From Hypanus sabinus (lineage: Eukaryota), in contig NC_082729.1 in assembly GCF_030144855.1 (NCBI RefSeq), positions 35,154,001 through 35,218,000 on the forward strand: a DNA stretch of 64,000 nucleotides, given 5' to 3'. Shown piece by piece: positions 1 through 11,915 of this stretch (position 1 is its first letter; each line of letters starts with the position of its first letter). Position numbers and translations under genes: made by a program. The notes under the pieces are model-generated. The model saw only the letters and a program-made list of their open reading frames with translations, was not told the origin of the DNA and searched no databases.

Positions 1-51
1 AATTAATGTTTGGGGTTAGCACCCTTTCCTTTTAAAGCTGCATCGATTCTC

Positions 52-640
52 AGACTTGTCAATGGTAAAATGATACACCCAAGTTTTACAAATCCGATCT
101 GGTTCCTGAAACTATCCGGGATAAAGTAGACAGTCTGCTAGATTATAGGGACGGCCTTCCGTCCAATTTGGAGTGGAGTCTACGGGCAAGACCAGTCGTC
201 CCAAGTGTCACGAGAATTCGGCTGCAGGATCTGTGGAGATTTTCAGTTCACCATCAATCCCATACTAACAGTAGATTAATACCCTTTGATCAGGGTAGAG
301 GATGTCTTTGCAAAACTTTCTGGAGGAAAACACTTCAGCACACTGGTCTTAGCCTACATAGAGCTGGACATGGAAGAAGAGTTGAATGAGAAGAATGGTT
401 TTTCACGCCATTACCACCTGCAAAGGCCTACATACAGATGGACAATGTGCTTCTCGCCATAACCACCTGCAAAGGCCCTTATCGCTAAATAGGCTTGTTT
501 GTGGAGTTGCATTTGCACCTGCAGTCTGTCAGAAAGCCATGGAGCAGCTTCTGCAAAGCTGCCGAGGAACTTAGATTGCATCATTGTCAGCGGTAAGGAT
601 GACAATGAACATCTCCAAAGTCTCATGACAGCTTTAAAAT
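52..640 (+). mobile_element. Gypsy/Ty3 LTR retrotransposon reverse transcriptase remnant
   Basis: Reads RICGDFQFTINPILTVD*YPLIRVEDVFAKLSGGKHFSTL and later LDCIIVSG (degenerate YLDD motif); stops and frameshifts present. Paralogous to about 49590-50300, 26390-26610 and 63650-64000. Confidence 0.85.
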
Positions 641-2207
641 AGATGAAAAGCTCAGGCGCTCTGAGCACGACACCAAGCATCCTTCAAAGGTGGCTGCGGT
701 TGTTTGCAGAGTCAGCCCGCACCATCATTGGCTGAAATGCGGCCGCCATCAAGAACATTTCAAGAGGACTGCATGCAGCATGAAAAACTCTTACCACCTG
801 GGGTCAAGCCCTCTTCTCGTTACAACTGGGAAAACAGACAGCAGATATAAAAACGGCGGGAGCCGCGGCTAGAATCTTCGTTTAGTACGCATGCGCACTG
901 CCGTGGAGGCTCCTGGGTTATGTAGTCAATATATCTATATCCTCAAATGAGTTTAAATCAGTTCTTCTTTTTATTGAACTTCTTGTCTGCCCTGTTCTGT
1001 TATGGATGGCAGCATGCTCGTGTAACAGGAAAGCGTGTAGTACAGAAACACTATTGTTACGCCACTGGCATTTAGGGCAGCAATAAAGATCCTCCGTCTC
1101 TGGCAGTGTTCATCATCGTCTCAGTTGCTTCCTGTCAGTTTGCACCACTGTCAGACATCCAGGGTGGAGAATCAGGAATATTATCGTGCTCAGATGTAGA
1201 AGGATTCTTAGTTGCTGTTTCCATAACTGTTTGGTTTTACTAGTCAGTGTTACCCTGTGCTGGACCCCCGACCCTGGAAGATCAGTGGATCACTCAGTCT
1301 GGGGTCTATCCCGAGATTTCTCTAGCATGGGAGACCCTATCAAGACTCAAAGCATATAGGCCTGACTCCAGCCAACATTGTTCTTTGGGCCATTGAGACA
1401 CACAAGCCTCCAAACCCAACGACGAGATTCTGGTCCTTTTGAAGGGATGAGGAGATTGAAAGAAAAGGCGGCGGGCGGTGGGGTAAATCCTTCTCCACTC
1501 GGCTTAGGTGAAATCTTAAGATTCAGCCGAGGTATTTAAAAGCTCGAAGGAAACAGGAATTTCGCCTGTGACTGGGGAGACACAGTGAGGAAGTCCTAAA
1601 GAGATTTTAGGCAGCTCAGTGGGAACCTGAGAATCAAGACCACCAGGGTAGTAATCGCTGGACTGCTGCCTGAGGCATGTGCCAGTGATCATGAGGATAG
1701 GAAGAATTACCAGGTAAATGTGTAGCTGATCAGCTGGTGTAGGGATCAGGCAGGTAAGGAATCAAATTTAGAGATCACCGGGATCTCCTCTGGGGAAGGT
1801 ATGACCTGTACAAAAAGGACGGAATACACCTAAACGCGAGGTTCGTTGAAGTTGTTCGGGAATGTTTTTGGCAGGGCAGTGGGAACAAGAGAGATAGTGC
1901 TGAATATGAGGCAGTTGGTTTCCAAACAGAGACAATGTGCAGTGAAGCTCCTAGCAAAGAAAGGCTAATGAAAGGGAAAACTGCAGTCAACAGGATGAGT
2001 CGCAAAGTAAAATGCGGACAAAATCGAAAAGGGTGATCAGAAGACTGTAGGTATTATATTTTAATTCGCACGGCATACGGAATCAGGTAGATGAACTTGT
2101 ATTGCAGCACAGTTACAGATTGGCATGTATGATGGTGTGGGCATTACTGAATCCTGGCTGAATGAAGATTGTAGCTGGGAGGCTAATGTCCAAGGATAGA
2201 CAATGTA

Positions 2208-4893
2208 TGGTCTGGTTCTGCAGTGCAGAAGGGAGAGGGGAAGAAGAGGAGAGCGGTAGTGATAGGGGACTCGATAGTTAGAGGTACAGACAGGAGGTAC
2301 TGTGGTCGAGACAGAGAATCCCGGATGGTTTGTTGCCTCCCGGGTGCCAGGATCAGGGACGTCTTTGATCACGTACACAGTATTTTGAAATGGGGGGGTG
2401 AGCAGCCAGATATCATAGTACACATCGGTACAAATGACGTAGGAAGAAAAGAGTGGGGAGGTCCTGAAGAGTGAGAATAGAGAGCTTAACCATATAACAT
2501 ATAACCATATAACAATCACAGCACGGAAACAGGCCATCTCGGCCCTCCTAGTCCGTGCCGAACTCTTAATCTCACCTAGTCCCACCTACCCGCACTCAAC
2601 CCATAACCCTCCACTCCTTTCCTGTCCATATACCTATCCAATTTTACCTTAAATGACACAACTGAACTGGCCTCTACTACTTCTACAGGAAGCTCATTCC
2701 ACACAGCTATCACTCTCTGAGTAAAGAAATACCCCCTCCTGTTTCCCTTAAACTTCTGCCCCCTAACTCTCAAATCATGTCCTCTCGTTTGAATCTCCCC
2801 TACTCTCAATGGAAACAGCCTATTCACATCAACTCTATCTGTCCCTCTCAAAATTTTAAATACCTCGATCAAATCCCCCCTCAACCTTCTACGCTCCAAT
2901 GAATAGAGACCTAACTTGTTCAACCTTTCTCTGTAACTTAAGTGCTGAAACCCATGTAACATCCTAGTAAATCGTCTCTGCACTCTCTCTAATTTATTGA
3001 TATCTTGGTAGGAATTTAAAAATCAGGGCCTCGAGGGTGGTAATCTCAGGATTGCTACCTGTGCCACGTACCAGTGAGGGTAAGAATAGGATGCTCTGGA
3101 GGATGAATACATGGCTGAGGAACTGGTGTAGGGGCAGAGTTTCAAATTTCTGGATGATTGGGACCACTTCTGGGGCAGGTGGGACCTGTACAAGAGAGGC
3201 AGCTTACACCTGAACTACAGGGGGATCAGTATCCTTGCAGGGTGGTTTGGTAGTGTTATTGGGGAGAGTTTAAACTATATTTGCAGGGGGATGGGAACCA
3301 GAGTGCCAGAGTAGATAGTGGAGCGAGGGTGAAAATAAATGTCAAAGTTTCATGCAAAGTCACAAATTGCATGTGGTGGTAATAATCTTCTGAGGTGTGT
3401 CTATTTCAATGCGAGGAGTATTGTGGAGAAGGCTGACGAGCTGAGGGCGTGGATTGAAACGTGGAATTATGACATTATAGCCATTAGTGAAACTTATCTA
3501 CAGGAGGGGCAGGACTGGCAGCTTAATTTTCCAGGGTTCCGCTGTTTCAGACGTGAGAGATGCAGAGAAATAAAGGGTGGATGGGGTGGCATTGCTAGTC
3601 AGGGAAAATGTTACAAGAATGCTCAGGCAGGACAGATTAGAGGGCTTGTCTACTTAGACCATATGGGTGAAGCTGAGAAGCAGGAAAGGTATGACCACAT
3701 TAATGGGGTTATATTATAGATCACACAATAGTCAGTGAGAATTGGAGGAGCAAATCTGCAGAGAGATAGCAGACAACTGCAGGAAACATAAAGTTGTGAT
3801 AGCAGGAAATTTTAATTTTCCGCACATTGATTGGGAGTCCCATACTCATATAGATCTAGACGGTTCAGAATTTATAAATCTGTTCATGGAAGTTTTCTAA
3901 ATCAATATATAAAGTTACCGACTAGGGAGGATGCAATATTAGATCCTCTATTAGGAAACGAGTTGAGACAGGTGAAGGAAGTGTGTGTAGGGGAACACTG
4001 TGGTTCCAGTAATTATAACGCCATTAGTTCCAACTTGATCATGGATAAAGACAAGATGTGGTCCTCAGGTTGAGGTTTAAACTGGTAAAAGGCCAAATTT
4101 GAAGAAATGAGAAAGGATCTAAAAAGCGTTGATTGGGACAGGTTGTTCTCTGGCAAGGATGTCATTGGTAACTGGGAGACCTTCAAATGAGAAATTTTGT
4201 GAGTGCAGAGTTTGTATGTTCCTGTCAGGACTAAAGGCAAAGTGAATAAGGAACCTTGATTCTCTAGGGATATTAGAACTCTGAAAAAGAAGAAGAGAGA
4301 TTTATGACATGTATAGGAAACAGGGCGCAAATAAGGTATTTGAGGATAATAAAAAGTGCAAAAAATACTTAAGAAAGCAATCAAGAGGGCTAAAAGAAGA
4401 CATGAGGTAGCTTCGGCAGTCAAGGTGAAGGATAATCTAAAGAAATTCTACAGGTATATTAAGTGCATAAGCATAGTAAGGGATAAAATTGGTCCTCTCG
4501 AAGATCAGAGTGGTCGGCTATGTATGGAAACAAAGGAAATGGGGGAGACTAGATAGGGCTAAATAGAATTATGATGGGTATAGATAGAGTGAATACAAGC
4601 AGGCTTTTTCCACTGAGGCTAGGGGAGAAAAAAAGTTTAAAGGGAACATGGGGGGGGGGGGCTTCTTCACACAGGGAGTGGTGGGAGTGTAGAATGAGCT
4701 GCCAGATGAAGTTGTAAATGCGGGCTCACTTTTAATATTTAAGAAAAGCTTGGCAGGTACATGGATGAGAGGTGTATGGGGGGGGAGATGGGCTAGGTGC
4801 TGGTCAGTGGGACTAGGCAGAAAAATGGTTCAGCACAGCCAAGAAGGGCCAAAAGGCCTATTTCTGTACTGTAATGTTCTATGGTTCTGTGGT
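2208..4893 (+). mobile_element. CR1 LINE with SGNH-esterase ORF1, APE endonuclease, large internal deletion and 3' tail
   Basis: ORF 2223-2474 has GDSIVR / VCCLPGA / HIGTND. ORF 3339-3719 has YFNARSI / DIIAISET. At about 4550 it jumps to the RT C-terminus and ends in a TTCTATGG-type tail. Absent from the paralogous site at about 31487. Confidence 0.85.
2488..3006 (-). mobile_element. Young 5'-truncated CR1 3' fragment nested in a CR1
   Basis: ORF 2576-2983(-) is nearly identical to the C-terminus of ORF 57858-59273; GTTATATG-type tail repeats lie at 2488-2513. Confidence 0.92.
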
Positions 4894-5569
4894 ATTGAAA
4901 GGTCAGGCAGGAAAGCACAAGGGAGGCATTACCCTCCTGGTGAAGAAATGAACTGATATCATTGCGGATAGAACTATGGAAGTGCAAGTGTAAGAAACCC
5001 TGGTTGAAGTAATTGTAGAATTGAGTAGAAAGCTTACGGTAAAAGACCCCAGAGGTGAAGTGATCATTATATAAACGGATTTACTCTGAGAAGGAGAAGC
5101 TAAACGTAGATATATCAGTATGACAGCAGAGTAACGGGCCAAGAAAAGAAGTTGAAGCCGACATAAAGCCTATCATGGGCTATATACTACAGCAAGAACT
5201 GCTAGAAATTTAGAGGATGAGCAAGCTTTTAACAACCAATTAGGGAAAAAAAGATGGAATAGGAAGGTAAACTAGCCAATAATATTAAAGAGGACACTAA
5301 ATGTTTCTTTAGAGACGTAAAGTGTTAGAGAGAGAGCGAGAGAGAGAGGTAATATTGGACCGCTGTACAAAGGTGCTGGAGAGATACTAATGGGAGACAC
5401 GAAAACGGCAGAGCACTTGAATAAGTATTTTGAATCAGTGTTCTTTGTGGACGACACCAGCATGAAGTGTCTGAATTCACTATTCCTAGGGAGAAAGTTT
5501 TGGGGAACCTCAAAGGTCTGAATGTAGATAAGTCACATGGACCAGATGGGGTAAATTTCAGAAATAACC

Positions 5570-6190
5570 ACGTCACCTCTTCTATCTACTTTACTTCTCA
5601 AAAATAAAGGAAATGTTTTGTTCTTTTCTGCTCTCTGAGTAAAATGTTATCTCCTGATGTCAACAACTCAACTTCCTCATATTGAGCTTCTTAGAACTTC
5701 GAACCCAGAGAGTATTTACCGAGGTGGACTAACTCATCTCTTCGGCTCATTCGGAATTAGGACCCAACCATTGCTAAATCAGCATCCAAATTCCGCACAG
5801 GGCACAACCCCTTGAAGTACCAGGAGCACCCGTTGAATCTCACCGTCGAATTTAACGTCTGAGTGCAAGTATTCAAAATTGCTTTGGACTGGAAACGTAG
5901 CCGGATGTTCCAGGGAAAGGTGAGATGCATTTCAATGGTATTTATATTAATTTGGAAATGTGGCGTCTGACCAGGGTGGCTGGTTTGCGGAAGAAACCCG
6001 ACCTTCCTACTTTTGGGAGGATTTTCAGGAGTTAACTCAGTAACTCAGTGAATGCAGGGCAGTAAGTTTGTTAACATTCAGTTCAATGAGGAGAACTCTA
6101 GAGATTACAGTTGCTGGTCTTGTTTTCCGTGGGGTCCAAGGACACTGACCGATGACTTGACAAAATAAATAATGATAACAGGTACAGAGA
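5570..6190 (+). promoter_or_regulatory. Putative promoter and non-coding exon 1 of receptor copy 1
   Basis: Block not recognisable as a TE, conserved in three copies. It has ACTTCCTCAT (PU.1/ETS-like, 5671-5680), ATTGCTAAAT (C/EBP-like, 5770-5779) and a splice donor AAG|GTGAGA (GT at 5920-5921). Function is inferred. Confidence 0.45.
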
Positions 6191-6275
6191 CAGTGTAGAC
6201 TGAATCATTTTCCCGTGCTAGGACAAGGAGCAAAATTCAGAGGAAGGCGTAAATTTATCTTGAGTACAGGAAATT

Positions 6276-6360
6276 AAACTCCCCACAGATCGCGGCGGGA
6301 GTTGAACCCGGTTCGTTGTCGCTGCACCAGAGTTATGCTAATCACTGCGCTACCATGCCG
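6276..6360 (-). mobile_element. tRNA-derived SINE head
   Basis: Minus strand reads CGGCATGGTAGCGCAGTGATTAGC (A box) ... GGGTTCAACTCCCG (B box). A longer paralog lies at 57085-57756. Confidence 0.75.
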
Positions 6361-6924
6361 TCCATCATGAACTGACACATTGAACGTGGCTGCCAGTGGA
6401 GGTGACAGACATCATCTGCAGTCAGTACGTTTCAGAGGAATTTACACAGACACGTGAATACATGAGCCATACGCAGTCACGGTTCCAAAGGTTTGCAAGA
6501 TAGATTAGTGAAAATAGGGAAATGGCAGGCAATGCCTGCAATGGCATGGACCTGTTTCTGTAGTGTATTTACAGCAACAATAATAGTAGTAACATTAGTA
6601 GTGCTAGTGATGGTAGTAATGGTGATAGTTGTAGAAGTCGTTTATGAGGTGATGAGAGGCAGAGATGGAGTAGACAGGCGGAATCTATTTCCCCAGTTTG
6701 AAATGACCAGTACCAGAGGGCGTGCCTTTAATGTGAGACGGGGTAAGATCAAAGGAGATGGGAAAGGTAAGTTAATTTTTCACAGAGAGCAGTGGGTGGT
6801 TGCAATGCAGTGAAAGAGTGGTGGTGGAGTCAGACATATTTGGAACTGATAAGAGACGTTTGGGTGGGCAAATGAATGTGAGGGAAATGGACATTGTGTC
6901 AGCAGACGCGATGAGTTACGTAGA

Positions 6925-7470
6925 CTGTGTGATTTCTAATTTAATTGATTCAGCACAATATTGTGGACTATTCCTGTGCTGGATTCTCGTGTGTTCTTCC
7001 AGGACTCTGCAAGCGTCCCAGGCACATCTCGGTAGCGAAGGTGACTGTGACTTTTATACGATACTACATTTGTCAACGTTTACCGGAGAGCGTCGGAAGG
7101 AAGCAAGGGATGCTGGGAATGGCGAAGGTGAAGTGCCTCGGGAGGGATGTGGGACAGGTACCAGTGTAGGCCTGGCAGGGACGATGTTGGGGGCGGTTGC
7201 TAGCGCGGATGCAGACACACGCGGATCTCAGACACCAGGGAAGGTCATTAGATTCTAAACAATTAGTGCATTGACCATTACAGAATGACCCTCCCTTGCT
7301 TCCCGCTTCCTCCCATGTCCCTTCCCCTTTTAAAACATGATTCCCTTCTCTCAGCAACCCTTACCAGTCTCCGTCCACAACAAAGACCCATATCAAAATC
7401 AGGTTTATCGTCACTCACATATGGCATGAAATTTCTTTTTCTTTTGGTGACGTTCCAATGCATTAAATTA
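6925..7470. repeat. Unclassified interspersed repeat block upstream of receptor copies
   Basis: Homologous blocks at about 20190-21660 and 43830-45250 (both split by a solo LTR) and at 59720-60250. Confidence 0.6.
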
Positions 7471-7701
7471 ATAAATTACTGTCTAGTAATAAGCCCTTCC
7501 GGCCCAACGAGCCGCATTGCCCTTCAACCTACTTGGTTAACTACAGGAAAGTTCACAAAGGTCAATTAAACTAAGTGGCAGAATGGTTTTGGAATGTGGG
7601 AGGGAAGCGGAGTACCCAGGGGAATCCCCCATGGTCACGATAGCTAGTATTATTTGTGGTAGTTTCTTGATCGTTCGAGTCCAGTATGATGTTCTTCTAA
7701 G

Positions 7702-10447
7702 TTGGTTAAGTGGCTGGGTCTGGACGAAATGGATAGGATCTACGAGCATTTGGAAAAGTACAGTCTACTCAAGAATAGTCAACATGGCTTTGTGAAGGGA
7801 AGGTCGTGCCTCTTGAGCCCAATTAAATTTTTTGAAGAGGTAACAAAATAAATTGGTGAGGGTAGGGCGGTCGATGTGGTCAACATGGATTTTAGCACGG
7901 CATTTGACAAGGTCCCTCACGAAGGACTCATCCAGAAAGTAATGAGGCATGGGATCAGTGGAACCTTGGTTGTTTGGATAAAAAAAATTGGCTTACAGGA
8001 AGAAAGTAGAGGGTAGTAGTGGAAGGAAAGTATTCTGCCTAGACGTCCGTGGCTAGTGGAGTGCCGCTAAATGACCTCTATGAAGTGGCGGAAGGATGGG
8101 TGAGTACGTTTGCGGATGACACGAAGATTGGAGGAGATGTGGATGGAGCTGTAGGCCTGTCGAAGATTACAAGAGGATATAGACAGGATGCAGAGTTGGG
8201 CAGAAAAGTGGCAGATGTAGTTCCATCCAGATAAGTGTGAGGTGATGCATTTTGGAAGGACAAACCAGAAGGCTGAGTACAGGGTTAATGGTGAGTTACT
8301 TAAGACTGTGGATGAACAGAGGGACCTTGGGGATCAAATCCATACATCCCTCAAGGTCGCTGCAAAGTTTGATAAGGTGGTTAAGAAAGCCTATGGCATG
8401 CTAGGCTTCATTAATAGGGGGATTGAGATCAAGAATAGAGAGATCATGTTGCAGCTCTGCAAATCTCTGGTGAGACCACACTGGGAGTATATTGCTCAGT
8501 TCTGGTCATCTCATTGTAGGAATGATGTGGAAGCAATGGAGAGGGTGGAGAGGGGAGATTTACCAGGATGTTGTCTGGATTGGAAAACAGGTTAGCGCAG
8601 CTGGGACTTTTCTCTTTGGAGAGTAGGAGGATGAGAGGGGACCTGATACAGGTCTATATGATTATCAGAGACTTAAATAGGGTGGATAGCCGGTTCCTGT
8701 TTCCCAGAGCACGAATAACAAACACCAGAGGGCACATGTACAAAGATAAGGCATGGAGGTTTAGGGGAGACATCAGGGGTAAGTTTTTTTACACAGAGGG
8801 TTGCGAGGTCCTGGAATGACTTGCCAGGGATGGTGGTAGAAGCTAAGTCATTAGGGATATTTAAGAGCCTCTTGGACAGGCACGTGAACAACAGAAAAAT
8901 GGAGAGTTGCGTGATAGTGTGCATTTAGTACTTTTATCAAGGAATATATGGTTCGGCACAACATCGAGGGCTGAAGGGCCTATAATGTCCTGGAGTATTC
9001 TAGTGTTCTAGTGTTCCAATGAAATGTACCCCAGGCTACTGTGGAAGCCGAGGGAGAGGATTGCTGAGCCTCTGATGATCTTTGCATCGGGAGAGGTTCT
9101 GGAGGATTGGAGGGTTGCGGATGTTGTTCCTTTATTCCAGAAAGGGAGTAGAGATAGCCCAGGAAATTATACACCAGTGAGTATTCCCTCAGCGGTTGGT
9201 AAGCTGATGGAGAGGATCCTGAGAGGAAGGATTTATAAACATTTGGAGAGGTATAAAAAGATTAGGAATAGTCAGCATGGCTTTGTCAAGGGCAGGTCGT
9301 GCCTTACGAGCCTGATTGAATTTTTTGAGTATGTGACTAAACACATTGATGGAGGACCAGCAGTAGCTGTATCGTATATGGATTTCAGCAAAGCATTTGA
9401 TAAGGTACCTCATGAAAGGCTTACTGAAAAGGCATGGGATCCAAGGGGACATTGCTTTGTGGGTCCAGAACTGGCTTGCCCACAGAAGGCAAAGGGTAGT
9501 TGTAGGCGAGTCATATTCTGCATGGAGCTCATTATAAATGACCTGGATGAGGAAGTGGAGGGATGGGTTAGTAAGTTAGCTGATGACGCAAAGTTTGGGG
9601 ATGTTTTGTATACTGTGGAGGGCTGTCAAAGGTTACAGCGGGACATTGATCGGATGCAAAACTGGGCTGATAAGTGGCAGATGGAGTTTAACACAGATAA
9701 GTGTGGTGGTTCATTTTGGTAGCTCGAATATGATGGCAGATTAATGGTAAAACTCTTGGCACTGTGGAGGATTAGAGGGACATTTGGGTCCGAGTCCATA
9801 AGACGCTTAAAGCAGCTGCGCAGGTTGCCTCTGTGGTTAGAAGGTGTGTGCTGTATTTGCCTTCCTCAACCGCAGAATTGAATTTTGGAGCCGAGAGGTA
9901 ATATTGCAGCTATATAGGACTCTGCTCAGACCCCATTTGGAGTACTGTGCTCAGTTCTGTTCGCCTCACTACAAAAGGATCTGGAAGCCACGAAAAGGAT
10001 GCAGAGGAGACTTTCAAGGATGTTGCCTGGATTGGGAAGCAGGCCTGATGAGAATAGGTTGAATGAAGTCGGCCTTTTCTCCTTGAAACGAAGGAGGATG
10101 AGCGGTGATCTGACAGATAAGTACAAGATGATGAGAAGCGTTGATCGTGTTGGTAGTCAGAAGCTCTTTCCCCATGGCTGAAATGGTTCCCACAAGAGGA
10201 CACAGGTTTAGGGTGCTGGGGAGCAGGTACAGAGGAGATGTCAGGGGAACGTTTTTACGCAGTGAGTGGTGAGTCAGTGGAATGGGCTGACGGCAATGGT
10301 GGTGGAGGCGGATACGATAGGGTCTATTAAGCGGCTTTTTAGATAGGGACATGGAGCTTAGTAAAGTAGAAATTTCTAAGCTAGGGACATGTTGGTCACA
10401 ACGTTGTGGGCCGAATGACATGTATTCTGCTGTAGGCTTTCAATGTT
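7702..10447 (+). mobile_element. Two stacked, decayed CR1 RT/3' fragments (about 7730-9018 and 9020-10447)
   Basis: SQHGFVKGRSCL, DFSKAFDKV and FADDTK motifs occur twice, with two 3' tails. Flanked by TTCTAAG at 7695-7701 and 10448-10454; the empty site is at about 60450. Confidence 0.88.
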
Positions 10448-10849
10448 TTCTAAGGGATTACCATCCGTGAGTCGCCGGTGGGCTGTAGAGGAGGATCCAG
10501 GATCCACTTAACGGCTGTGTTCGGATGCACTCCCGCATCCGTGATCAGCCGCGAGTGACTTTCTCTAACGTGGGGAAGCTAATGCACGGGCATACATCAC
10601 ATTGTCGTTGACAGATCGAGGACATGCCGGGGGATGTGGTGAAATTCCAGTGATTTGGGATGCAAGACGACTTGGTCTCTGCGCTGCCTTCACTACTGTT
10701 GCTGTGTCAAGTTTCAGTTCTGTGTTACATCTTATCTCTACTAGCCTTTCACTCCATCCCTGTTCGCTCTCGCCTCTCCTTCTGAATCTGTCGCCACTCC
10801 ATTCTGCACCCCTTTCACTTCTACAATATCTCCTCCTCCAGATCCGACA

Positions 10850-11839
10850 ATGTCGTTATCCGAAGGTGTGTCCAATTCGACGCTCGCTGGGAATCTGTCC
10901 TCCCACAATTCCACGGCCGATGGAAACATAATGGAGTGGGAAGCACTTTCCATCATGTCAACGGTCATCTTAACCCTCGCCGTCTTACTGGGCGTGCCGG
11001 GTAACGGCGCCGTCATCTGGGTGACGGGCTTCAAGATGAAGATTAAGGTCCACACGGTGTGTTTTCTGAACCTGGCTATGGCTGACCTGATCTATTGCCT
11101 GACTCTTCCCTTCCGCTTGGCCAACATGTTCCTGACCTACTCTGGGTACAAACCCTACTTTTCCCTGATGTGTATTGGATTCTTCATGATTTTCAACGCA
11201 TCCGCCAGCATATATCTCTTATGTCTGATCAGCATCTGCCGCTGCCTGGCTATTACTCGGCCCACGTGGTTCCAGCAACATCTGAGCCTCACGTGGGTGC
11301 GTGCGGCCTGCTTCGGAGTCTGGATCTTAGCCATCGTCATGTGCCTGCCCGTCCTCCTGCTTCCGGATTGGAAGAAGCAACGGACCGTCTTGGAGCTATT
11401 TTGGTTTGTTTTCATCTTCGGCCTCCCCCTTCTAATTATGATCACCTGCTACTCCCTGGCTGGCTGCAGGCTGCAAGGAAACAGGTTCACCAAATCTAAG
11501 AAACCTGTCCGCCTCATCATCACCGTGGTCGTCACCTTTATGATCTGTTGGATTCCCAACGCTGTCTGCGACCTCATATCAACCTTCTCCACACCGATCC
11601 CCGAAGCCTGGTCGTTACTCATTGTCGCCCTAGCCTCCTTGAACAGCGCCCTCAACCCCCTTCTCTATGTCTTCGCTGGCCGCGAATTCCACCAGGTCTT
11701 CAGGCGCTCCCTCCTCATCTCGCTCCATCTGGCCTTCACCGAGCAGAGGCTGGATTTGGAGACCCTGTCAAAGACCTTCAGCCACACCTCAATTAAGAAA
11801 GTCCGAGTCGTGGCCAGTCATCCCACCGATAACCCCTGA
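10850..11839 (+). CDS. Class A chemoattractant-receptor-like GPCR (C3aR/CMKLR1/FPR family-like), copy 1, intact, 329 aa
   Basis: Seven hydrophobic segments; GVPGNGAVIWV, FLNLAMADL, CWIP, NSALNPLLY; three N-terminal N-glycosylation sequons; polypyrimidine tract and CAG acceptor (AG 10840-10841) just before the ATG. Confidence 0.93.
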   Translation: MSLSEGVSNSTLAGNLSSHNSTADGNIMEWEALSIMSTVILTLAVLLGVPGNGAVIWVTGFKMKIKVHTVCFLNLAMADLIYCLTLPFRLANMFLTYSGYKPYFSLMCIGFFMIFNASASIYLLCLISICRCLAITRPTWFQQHLSLTWVRAACFGVWILAIVMCLPVLLLPDWKKQRTVLELFWFVFIFGLPLLIMITCYSLAGCRLQGNRFTKSKKPVRLIITVVVTFMICWIPNAVCDLISTFSTPIPEAWSLLIVALASLNSALNPLLYVFAGREFHQVFRRSLLISLHLAFTEQRLDLETLSKTFSHTSIKKVRVVASHPTDNP

Positions 11840-11915
11840 CTGCAGACATAGTTGACTGTCGGATGCAATTGTGGTCAGCAGTGGAGGCTTTCCTGCACCC
11901 CTAATTTAATCTCTC

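Larger units (their letters stand above)
1550..5550 (+). mobile_element. Old CR1 LINE remnant (end of ORF1 plus endonuclease region), split by a younger CR1 at 2208-4893
   Basis: 1560-2207 and 4894-5550 are colinear with the uninterrupted paralog at about 30830-32330 (GACAATGTAT|CGAAAGGTC). Confidence 0.7.

Noticed and set aside
6276-6360. tRNA gene
   Set aside because: A and B boxes are present but there is no clean cloverleaf; the paralog at 57085-57756 continues into a SINE body and tail.
6493-6813. Val-rich apparent membrane-protein ORF
   Set aside because: It derives from a degenerate (GTA)n repeat fused to a CR1 remnant and is not conserved at about 59360.
11095-11499. 134-aa overlapping alternative-frame ORF, repeated at 34192-34596 and 61128-61532
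   Set aside because: It starts at TTG and has no recognisable domain; its conservation is explained by paralogy and the C-rich codon usage of the receptor frame.
10850-11839. Assigning the symbol C3AR1, CMKLR1 or FPR
   Set aside because: Family motifs are present, but the large C3aR ECL2 and the conserved disulfide are missing; orthology needs a phylogeny.
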